Of a stretch of DNA of 64,000 nucleotides, positions 27,561 through 37,611 are shown one piece after another. Position 1 is the first letter of the stretch. Each line of letters begins with the position of its first letter. Below the pieces are notes generated by a model that was not told the origin of the DNA, did no database searches, and saw only the letters and a program-made list of their open reading frames with translations. Source of the DNA: Vicugna vicugna (lineage: Eukaryota); contig MU058815.1 in assembly GCA_013265495.1 (NCBI GenBank), positions 318,523 to 382,522 of the forward strand, in the 5' to 3' direction. A program made the position numbers and the translations under genes.

Positions 27561-28089
27561 AGAGGCGGTGTTACTTACCTTCAAAGCTTCTTTACGGTGA
27601 ACGCTGATCTGAGCCTGACTTTTGCACCTGCGAGGAGCAGGCTGACAGAGACAGAGCGAAGCCTCGGTGAGAAAGAACGAACGAGGACCCGGACTAGGCA
27701 CAGAGCTGCGGGGATGGGCGAGCCCACGCGCTGGAGGGGACAGCGAACAACGTGCTAATCACGCTGGCGCCCAGCGTCCTTCTCCCGAGGATGTGCCCCG
27801 TGGCCGCCCTCCATCAGACATCCGTCAGGACACGGCTGTCCTCTCAGCTTCATCTCCCCGGGGATTCCGGCAGCAGCCGTGGCGCCTTCCCAGATCCCTT
27901 CCCCTCAGGCTGGCATTCCCTCTTTCTCATAATATTTACACCACCCCCACCTCTCTTCCCGAAGAGCAGCACAGCCCGGAGGGAATGGAGCAACCTGCCT
28001 GACCATGTTTGGCCATCACGCTGCTCAGCACTGACACGGGGCCGCCCGTGTGTTCTGATGCACATCGTCCTGGACTCCCTTCGCTGCAC

Positions 28090-29445
28090 TTCCCATGTTT
28101 GGATCCTCTCCTGCCTCCCTCTCCATTGCGAGTGTCTTCTCACCTCTGGCCCTGTAAACGCCAGAGGGCCCCAGAGCTGGGCCTGCAGACACTTTCCCTG
28201 TCTTTCTGTCCCCTCCCCTGGGGGACCCAGCTTTCAACAACCGCAAAATGCCCAGACCCCAGCTTGCCTTTCCGAACCAGACCTCTCCACGGAAAAGCCA
28301 GGCTCAGAAACCGGAGGACCCGCTCACATCTCCACCTGCACGTCTCACAGACACATCACGCTCGGCTTGTCCAAGCAGGGATCCCACTTTTCTCCACCGA
28401 CGGCCCCCCTGTAGCTGCCCGCCTCCCTAAACTCTGACTCTGCCTTACCTTCGGCTCCTCTTCCTCTCACGTCATCAAGAAATGCTCTTTGCTCTATCTT
28501 CAAAATGCATCAGCATGCGGCAGTCCTCACCCCGCCCTCCTCACGCCCAGTCCCAGGAACCCCGGCTCTGCTGGGTCACGTGGCAGCCCCACCCCAGGCT
28601 TCCCGGGGTCTACCCTCCCGTCCGCATCTGCTGTCCACACGGCAGACACACTTGCACCTCTAAAAGGGGCCTCAAACACCATCGCCTGTAACAGCACGGG
28701 TGACTCTCAAAAAAGTGTGAGGCTGAGCAGAAGCCAGACACGAAAGACTGTATTGTATGATCCCACTTAAACCACAGTCATGAACAGGCAGAGCCATCTG
28801 CAGGGACGGAGGTCACAAGACTGGTTACTGTGGGGGTGACCGCCCGGGAGGAGCAGGTCAGAGGTTTCCAGGAGGTTGCCACCATGGAGTCGTGATGTGG
28901 GGATTCATGCACTTTTATCTACGTGTGCTTACACAAAGCTTACCACGCTCCTTCTGCTTGGATCTCTCCCATAGAATGCCACCCTCTCTACAGGCCTGCC
29001 CTGACCTTATTCAGCACGTCAGATGAATGCTTTTGTGCTCAACAGCTTCCAGCACCTTCCACCTCCTCTCTGGAGCAGCCAGAGCCCCGTTTCCAGCCCC
29101 TCCACACACGCACGCTCCTGACCTCACCTCAACTCCTTAATCCTTCACTCCCTTATTAGCAAAGATTCCAGCCCCTTCTCCCTCTGGGGTTTGCATGTAT
29201 CTTCCCTCTGCCTGGAAAGCTCTTCTCCAGGCCTTCCTGCAGCTCAGCCCCCACCTCCTCTGCTCCAAGGTTCACTCACGAGCGAGGCCTCCTCTGGGAG
29301 CCCTCAGGGCCCACCCGTGGCCGACCCTGTCCGTGTCTGTCTCACACCAGGATGGCAGGCTCTGAGTGATGCTCTGGTCTCCAGCACCTGGAGCTCCGGC
29401 ATGCAGGGGGCACTCCATGACCACGTGAGGAATAAACAAACAGTG
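28090..29445. mobile_element. Degenerate L2 fragments interrupted by an L1ME-like piece (about 28690-28940)
   Basis: cacatctccacctgcacgtctcacagacacatc, tttgctctatcttcaaaat and ttgcatgtatcttccctctgcctggaaagctctt motifs. Confidence 0.5.
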
Positions 29446-29843
29446 GTAGTGTCGTGGGACCACTGCGCTCACGTGTGAGGTGAAGTCCTGAGCTTCGCCT
29501 CACATTTTAAAGGATGGCGCTCATACCTGCTCCAGGTGTGGACAATGCCCTCTGCACCAGCGCCTCTTCACTACATCAGCTCCTCTTCCTGCAAGCAGAT
29601 AAGGGTACAACACTGCTCCCGTGGCACCAGCTGCAGAGCCTGGCCCCAGCTCCTCCAAACCACTGGTGAACTTGACCTTGCTGACGGCCCTGGGACCCGA
29701 GATTCCTGGCAAGGCCCCAGGGAGCTCCAGCAGGCCCACATTCCAGTCTCTCTGACCACACGCCCTTTGTTTTAGACGTGTATACGCATCTCTACAACTC
29801 TAAATGAATAAAAGGCAGCTTTCACAACTTTAAAACTGTACCA

Positions 29844-29876
29844 AGATCAGGCGCGTTCAGGGGGCAGGGCCCAGCC
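29844..29876 (-). pseudogene. 5S rRNA 5'-end fragment (about nt 1-35), antisense to the adjoining LTR
   Basis: agatcaggcgcgttcaggg matches 18/19 of recalled reverse-complement 5S (agatcgggcgcgttcaggg), then gapped similarity to tggtatggccgtagac. Confidence 0.65.
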
Positions 29877-30394
29877 ATTCAAGGAATGACAGCAAGTAAC
29901 ACCAAAATGGTGGAAGATTCAACTCCCAGTTGGCCTTGAGGATTAAGATGGAGGGAGGTTTGACTTCTCCTAGACCTTGAGCTTCATTACATGCTCATTG
30001 TAACACATCAGCATGATAAATAACACGCCCACAGGCGCCATGACAGCCCCAGGCTAGCTACAAAAGGTCAAAGGGTGGGCTGTCGCCGAGTCCCTGGGAA
30101 TCCCAGCCCCTTCCCCGGGAAAGTTGGAATGGTCCTCCCACTTGAAGAAGGCTACCAGGCCCATAAAAACAGGAAACACCACGCCTCCTGGCCACCTCTC
30201 TGGCTCCCTCATCCCCGGAGATGGCCGCATTCTGCCTACGGAGTGTGCACCTACTTTTACTTTAACCTGGGCACCCAGCTTCCACACCGGGTCGCCTTTC
30301 TCTTGCCTTCTGAAACAGCCTGCACTCTATGCAGTATGTGTCTCTCTAAATAAGTCTACCTTTACTCAACAAAACCAACCAAACAAACAAACAA
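29876..30394 (+). mobile_element. MER41-like ERV1 LTR U3-R fragment with A-rich tail (processed, L1-mobilised copy)
   Basis: cattacatgctcattgtaacacatcagcatgataaataacacgcccacaggcgccatgacag resembles recalled MER41; TATA-like ccataaaaac 30161-30170; aataag 30349-30354; A-rich tail 30368-30398; TSD 29832-29843 and 30395-30406. Confidence 0.8.
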
Positions 30395-31279
30395 AAAACT
30401 GTGCCATGTGCTACTCAACCGTAAAAAGAGCCGACTGCTGGTACGCAGGTCACCGCGGGTGCATCCCGGGAGCCCCTGGCTGAGTAAAGAGGCCAGACTC
30501 ACGGGGCGACGGGGTGGAGGAGCGACTCCCAGAAGGGTGGCCTGAGGATACTGATGAACTCCGGATGCCTCGAAAAACAGCAAAAATACAGGTGCAACAA
30601 TGAAAACCAACCACTTCAGAACTTGGAGAACGAACCAGGGCCAGAGAACAAACTGAAGAACCGTCTATCCAATGACCAAACCTTGGCAAGACGGCAGGGC
30701 TGCGCTGGCTTAGCGCGGGCTGCGACCGTCACCCCTTCCTTCCCACACAGCAGCCCTGCAGGCGGCCAGCAGACCTGATGCTTCTGAAGCTCTGCTGGGA
30801 GTGCCACCCCTCAGTCACCATTCCGTCTGGACTTGCCCTGGGAAACCTCCAGGTTTGACTCAGAGCGGGGCTGGGATGGGCTTGCGGGGAGGTGGCGGGT
30901 GGCGCCTGCCCCCGGGGCATTCTCCAGACAGCCCCAGGCTGCTGGCGACACGTCCGCTGCCTGATGCTGTGACCACAACTGCGGTGAGCTTGAGCCCAGC
31001 CCAGAATTTAAAAGGAAATCCAGAAGAACCGGAGAACCACAGGGAACTTCAAACGCGCTGACATATTTCCAGCATCAAAACGGCTGTGCGCACGCCCCAG
31101 AAAGACCTGGGACGGGAGAATTCGCCAGTCCTGCTTCTCCAGTGCAATCAAGAGGTGGCAGCGGAGGCTGGTGTTTGACGGCACGCCTTCTGACAGTGTC
31201 CCCTCCCCGCAAGGTGCAAGACGGTCTCGTGACCGGTGACGGGCTAATCACACAGCATGCTGACACAGATGGCCTCCCT

Positions 31280-31545
31280 AGGGATCCAGCCTCAAGAACG
31301 TAAGGGACTTAATGTTATGTGTTCTTACCACGCACACGAAATAACCGTAATTACAACAACCATAACAACAGTAAGTGATAAGAGCAGGAGGAAGCCTGTG
31401 GAGGAGACGGACGTTCAGGACATGATTGTGGTGATGGTTTCATGGGCGCACACTTCTCCCCGAACTCACCCGGTCGTATACATGAAACACGTAAAGCTTT
31501 CTGACTGCCACTCATTCCTTAAAAAAGTGGCTTAAAAATAAAATG
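31280..31545 (+). mobile_element. L1MC/L1MD-like 3' end
   Basis: atgtgttcttaccac...gattgtggtgatggtttcatgggcgcacactt...ccttaaaaaagtggcttaaaaataaa. Confidence 0.65.
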
Positions 31546-31689
31546 AAAATAACTCGAAAATAGTAGACGACTCGGTAGCAGATTCCACATTAGAAGAGAT
31601 ACGGAACCTGAAGAATCAGGAAAGGAAAGACACTGAACAAGTGAACAGCAATGAAAAAACAAACCAACCCACCAACAACGGCCAAAATG

Positions 31690-33242
31690 AAACAGATACA
31701 AACACCAGAGCAGCAGCAAAAAGCTTTGAAGGATGTGAGGAATTTGCTACCAGTGTCACTGAAATATTATTATCTAAAAACGACCCGTTCAAAACAAAGA
31801 CCTCCACAGGCATGTGAGGAAACAGGGGAGCATGCCGCAGGCATAGGAAGGAAAAAATCGCCCAACAGAAAAGGGGGCCAAGACGATCATAAATATGTTT
31901 AAAGACATAAAGAATTGAAGGAAATTACAACAGCGCTAACTCACCAAATAAAGAGTATGAATCAAGTGATAGAAATGAAAAGACTCAGAAGTTCTATGGC
32001 TGAAGGTACGACTGAAATTCACGACGCAGGAACAACGACAGGTTTGCGATGGTACAAGAATCAGGGAACTGGAAGACGCTCCACTGTCTAAGGGGATGAA
32101 TGTCCAGTCTGGAGGGAAGGAAATTAGAAGAATGAAGAAAAGTAACAGAGCCTAAGAGACCTGTGGGACACAAACAAAAGTACCAAATACATACATGGTG
32201 GGGTCCAGAAGAAGAGAAAGGCAGAGACAATATTTGAGGAAATAATGACCAAAGACGAACCGAATTCGATTAAAAGTATGAACTGACACACTTGGGAAAA
32301 TCGAGGAACTGCAGGAAGGGTTAAGTGCTAAGCTATCCAGACTAGATACATTGTAAACAACCTGTTAAAAAACTAAAACACAGAATACACAAAGCAGCGA
32401 GAGAAACGACTCATCACATCCAAGGGACCCTTAAGGAGCACGAAGAGCTGGCTTTTCATCAGAAACCCAGTGTGATGAGATATTGTTGCCGGGGAAAAAA
32501 AGACTGTCAACCAAGAATCCCGTGTCTAGCTAAACACTTCTTCAAAAATGAAGAAGTTAGGTCACTTCCAAATCAACAACAACAACAAAAAAAAGAGGAA
32601 ATCTGTTATTAGCCGACTGGTCTACAAGAAACAGTACAGGGAGTCATTCAAGACGACATGAAAGCACACCGGAAGGAATTCTAACTTACGCAAAGAAATA
32701 ACACAGGCCCAGTGAGTGAGGTCACTACATAGATATCATGAAAGACAATGTGAACATATTTTTGTTTGTAACTCTTTTTCCCTCCTATTTGTTTTAAAAG
32801 ACTACTTCATCCAACGATAATTATAAAACTGTTGATGGACTTAAAACATATAAAGACGTAATCTGTACGACAGTAATAGTTCAGAGAAGAGGGGAGAGAC
32901 GACATATGTGGAAGTAAAGTATTTAGGTTTAAAATTAAGTTAGTATTCACCTGAACTAGATTTTTTAAAAAGTAACATGATAACAGTGACCCTTATGGCA
33001 GCCAATAAGAAAATAATTTTTTAAATTATATATATATATGTAAGAAAGAATATAAAGGGTATATCGATACACATAAATGACAAAATTAATCACTAATTAA
33101 ACTAAAAATGGATTAAAAGGACAAATCAAAACACAGAAGTTGGCAAAATGGATTAAACAAATTATTCACTATTTACAAGAGATATTTCATATTCAGAAAC
33201 ATAAATAGGCTGAAAAGACATATCATGCAAATAGTAATCATA
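31690..33242 (+). mobile_element. Old L1M: degenerate ORF1, inter-ORF region and start of ORF2 endonuclease
   Basis: gagcctaagagacctgtgggacac...aatatttgaggaaataatgacc (ORF1); ttggcaaaatggattaaa...tttacaagaga...catgcaaatagtaatc (ORF2 N-terminus). Confidence 0.75.
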
Positions 33243-34016
33243 AAAGACAAATACTATATGATACAACTTATATGTGGATATGATACAAATAAATTGGTGC
33301 AGCCACCATGGAAAATAGAATGGAGGTTACTTAAAAAACTAAAATTAGAGTTGCCATATGATTCTGCAATCCCACTCCTGGACATACATTTGAAGGACAC
33401 TCTAATTAGAAAAGACACATGCACCCCAGTGTTCATGGCAGCACTACTTACATCAGCCAAGACATGGAAGCAACCTAGATGTCTATCGACAGATGACTGG
33501 ATAAAGAAGATGTGGTATAGATCTATAATGGAATACTACTCAGCCATAAAAAATGAAATGATGCCATTTGCAGTAACACGCATGGACCTGGAGATTGTCA
33601 TACTAAGAGAAGTCAGTCAGACAGAGAAAGACAAATATCATGCGATAGCTCTCCTATGTTCAATCTAAAAAACAAGGACACAAATGAACTTATATACAAA
33701 ACAGAAACAGACTCACAGATACAGAAAACAAACTTGCTGTTACCAGGGGGTAAAATGGGGAGGGGAGGGGTAAATCAGGAGTGTGGGATTAGCAGATGAA
33801 AATTACTATATATAAAGTCAAAAAACAACAGGGTTCCTACTGTATATCACTGGGAACTATATTCAATACCCTGTCATAAATCATAATGGACAACAATATG
33901 TATATATAGACATATATATATAAACACACATGTATATGTAACTGAATCACTTTGCTGTATACCAGAAACTAACATATTATAAATAAAATCAACTGTATAC
34001 TTCAATAAAAAATTTT
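33243..34016 (+). mobile_element. Young L1 3' end nested in the old L1
   Basis: Track ORF 33225-33668 contains KLELPYDSAIPLLDI...DWIKKMWY...EYYSAIK (L1 ORF2 C-terminus); 3' UTR ends cttcaataaaaa. Confidence 0.92.
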
Positions 34017-35135
34017 AAAAACCCAATACTACAAACCAATTAGACCTAAAACTACAGAACATTTCCAGCCCAACAGCAGGACACATATTCTTCTCAAGCT
34101 TCCACAGAACATTCTCCAGGACAGACCATATTCTAGGCCATAAAATGAGTCGATAAATTTAGAAGGATTAAAACCATACAGAGTATATTCTCTAACAGCA
34201 GAATGAAGCTAGAAATTAATTAAACAGCAGAAAATTTGGGAAATTCACAAATACATGGATATTAAACAAAATATACCTAAATAACCAATATGTCACAGAA
34301 GAAACCACAAGGGAGATTAGAAAATACTTTGAGGGCAGCAAAAATCAAACACAACATAACAAATCGTACAGAGTACAGCTAAGGCGGTGCTTATAAGAAA
34401 AGTTATAGCTTTAAATGTCTTCATTAAAAAGAAGGTGGTCTCAAATCAATAATCTAACTTTACACCTTAAGGACTTATTTTTTTAAAAAAAAAGCAAACT
34501 AAACACAAAGCCAGCAGAGGAAAGGAAAGAATAAATATTTGAGCAGAAATAAATAAAATAGAGAATAGAGAAACAATAGGGAAAAATCAATAAAACAAGA
34601 AGTTGGTTCTTTAAAAAGATCAGCAAAATCGACAAACCTTTAGCTCGGGTGACCAATAAAAAAAGAGAGAAGACGCAAGCTGTTACAACCAGAAATGAAA
34701 GAGGGGACATTACCACAACCCTACAGAAATAAAAAGAGCTGAAAGAGAAGACTAGGAACCACCGTGTGCCCACAAACCCGATAATCTAGATGAAACGGAC
34801 AAATTCCTGCAGAAACACAAGTACTGAAACTGACTCAAGAAGAAATAGAAAATCTGAACAGACATGTAAGAAGTAAAGAGATTTGATCAGTAATCAGAAA
34901 ACTTCCCGGGGGAAAAAAACAAAAGCACAGGACCATTCAGCTTCTCCGTTTGAGAAGAATTAATACCAATCCTTCGCAGACTCGTTCAGAAAATCAAAGA
35001 GGGGATACCTTCCAACCTCTTCTATAAGACAGTGTTTCCTGATACCAAAACCAGACAAACACACTGCAAGAAAAACAGAACTACACATCAATATTTTTTA
35101 TTGGTATAGATGTAAAAGTTCTCAACAAAGTACAG
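34017..35135 (+). mobile_element. Old L1M ORF2 remnant (endonuclease C-terminal part toward RT)
   Basis: ttcttctcaagcttccacagaacattctccaggacagaccatattctaggcca; agttggttctttaaaaagatcagcaaaatcgacaaacctttagc; ctgataccaaaaccagacaaa. Confidence 0.85.
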
Positions 35136-35283
35136 ACAGCCAGTACTGGTTTGACGCAGAATGGTTACATGTAATACATCATAATAAACGTGGTACCTAA
35201 ATAATCATGATAGCAACTGTCACAAGTTTTAAGCCCTTAACCCATGCTGGGGGCTAGACTCCTTTTCATGGATTGTGTGGTCT

Positions 35284-35317
35284 ACACACACACACACACA
35301 CATACACATACACACAC
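35284..35317. repeat. (CA)n/(CATA)n microsatellite
   Basis: Direct reading. Confidence 0.85.
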
Positions 35318-37063
35318 CATCCTTGATAAAGAATTTCAAACGTCTCTATTTCAGGCTGGCAGCATGAAGTGACCCTGTGCACAAGATGCAGAAAGATGGT
35401 GAAGACAGACTCCGGAGTGGGCAAAGCAGGATGAGAACCAACAGCACACGGCCGCCTCCGGTCACACACAGGCTGGGCTATTTATAGTCACAGAAGCTAC
35501 ACAAGAAACAGGTCAGTGTGAACACTTTAGGTGGGGACACAGTGGGGCAGCCTGCATCCGAATCGTTTTAGCGCATTTAACCTTTTCCAAAAAGAACCTA
35601 CTTTTTTTTTTAGAGTAAAACAAAATAATTCCCCCTTGGAAATTTTGTGAATGAGATTCTCTGAATTTTTTTTAAAGAATGTCAACAATTAAACTATATA
35701 ACAAAATATTTCTACTGCACAGAAAGAGATGCAGCTATATTTAGGGTCCCTGCGAGCCCCTCCCCCATGCATTGGAAACAACTTGATAAAGTCTTTATAT
35801 TCTATTTCCTGAGTGTCTTCCGCTGCGGCGGATAACACTGGGTGACGTCTGATTTCTTCATCTGGAAAGGCAAAGGCTCTTATAACATCAACATACACAT
35901 TTGTATTTTATTGTTACAATATTGCAGCATTAATATTGAATACATTAAAGCAATATAAACCATTGCCAGTGGTTATCATAAAAATGCATGTAATTGCCAA
36001 CGGGGATTTTTTTCCTATCAATTAATGTCCTTGTCATTCCGCGTCTCCTTTAAGAATTTATTGGAAGAATTCAGTTAGCAGTCCTACCACCAGACACAAC
36101 TTATTTCCCCTGCCCCTATGAAAAGGGACATTTTTCAATACGTCGTTTTACCTAACGGAGACCCTTAAACTCATAAATCATGGTGGTTTCAGGCTTTCCT
36201 TTGAGGCTTTTTTCTTTTCACAGCCAGAAGCCCTGAACTAATCAATCATGGGTAATCACCACGGGGGGCTTGCCTTTTCTGTCTCTAGAGGCTGCAGGTG
36301 TGCCCTCTGCTCGATATTTTAAAGCACTTTTGCCTTAACAACCAAACGGCACTGGGGAACCCCCCCCCGTCATTATCACAAAAGCACGCGTGAACGTACA
36401 CACTCGCGGGACACCCAGGAAGCAGGCACACGCACGTGACCCGGGGACTCAGAGTCACCCCTGGGGCTCCAACCGCACGGCTTTACTCAGTTGTAACAAG
36501 GAACACGTGACCTGATGAAGGTAACAACGTGGGCTGACGTCCCCAGGCTTTCCTTCCCGGTCGAGGAAAACGGGAGCATGAGGTGCCTCCTACCCAACCT
36601 TCCAGCGCTGTGGGCTGCCTTCCTCAGACCTTCTTTCCCGATGCATAACTCAGAGGAAATCCAATTTCTTCCCGTGACATCTCTGTGAGGCTGGGGTTGT
36701 GGGGGGCGACTCCGGGATGAGGGAGGCAGAATGGAGAGACTGCCAGCCAGAGGAAAGCTAATCCCCTCCCTGCTCGTCGGAAGGTAATTTCTCATGAACA
36801 GAACCCCCTTTTGGGGGGAGATCTGCTTATGGAGAATTTTTCAAACACAACAACCAAGTTCAAAGATCAATTCATCTCTCTCTCTCATGCACACGTGCAC
36901 ACACACCCCTCCTCTCTTCTCCCTCTCTCCCACTTTAATTTCGTTATTTCTCCTTTTCGTTTTGGGGATCTGCACGTGTGAGGGCTAGAGGAAGCTGCAG
37001 TGAACCCCTTTTCTGTTTCCTGCTCCAACTCCCTCTCTGCCCTCCTTGAGGGTGTCTTGCCTT

Positions 37064-37611
37064 CAGTGGTTCTCAGTGGGTGAAAAGGACTTTGCCCCCC
37101 GGGTACACCTGACAACACCTGGGAACTCTTTTTTTTTAACTGAAGTACAGTCAGTTACCATGTGTCAGTCTCTGGTGTCCAGCACAATGTCCCCGTCATG
37201 CATACACATACATGTATTCGTTTCCATATTCTTTTCCAAGATATTGAATATAGTTCCCTGTGCTATACAAACGAAATCTGTTTTTTGTCTATTTTTATAT
37301 ACAGTGGTTAACATTTGCAAATCTCGAATTCCCAAATGTATCCTTTCCCCTCCGATAACCATAAGATCGTTCACTGTGTCCGTGAGTCTGTTTCTGTTTT
37401 TCAGATGAGTTCATGGTGTCCTCCTTTTTCTTTTTTTTTTCTTTCTTTTTTGGAGACATTTTTGACTGTCAGACTGGGGGCGAGGTGCACTGGGTATCCA
37501 GTGAGTCGAGGCCAGGGATGCTGCTTAAACACCTTCAACACTCAGGACAGCCCCCACCACAGAGAACTATCGGGCCCCAAAACGTCAGCGGTGCAAGGTT
37601 GGGAACCTCTG
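37064..37611 (+). mobile_element. MER20 hAT-Charlie element split by an L1 insertion
   Basis: cagtggttctca...tttgccccccggg (5' arm); tggagacatttttgactgtca...gaggccagggatgctgcttaaaca...ggttgggaacctctg (3' arm). Confidence 0.85.
37129..37450 (-). mobile_element. Short young L1 3' UTR inserted into MER20
   Basis: Poly(T) then aactgaagtacagtcagttaccatgtgtcag...atttgcaaatctcgaattcccaaat; same subfamily text as 46371-46606. Confidence 0.88.

Noticed and set aside
29844..29876. Functional 5S rRNA gene
   Set aside because: Only about 33 nt of the 5' end, lacking the internal control region
33225..33668. 147-aa ORF with L1 ORF2 similarity as an active gene
   Set aside because: Only the C-terminal fragment of a 5'-truncated L1; no RT or promoter
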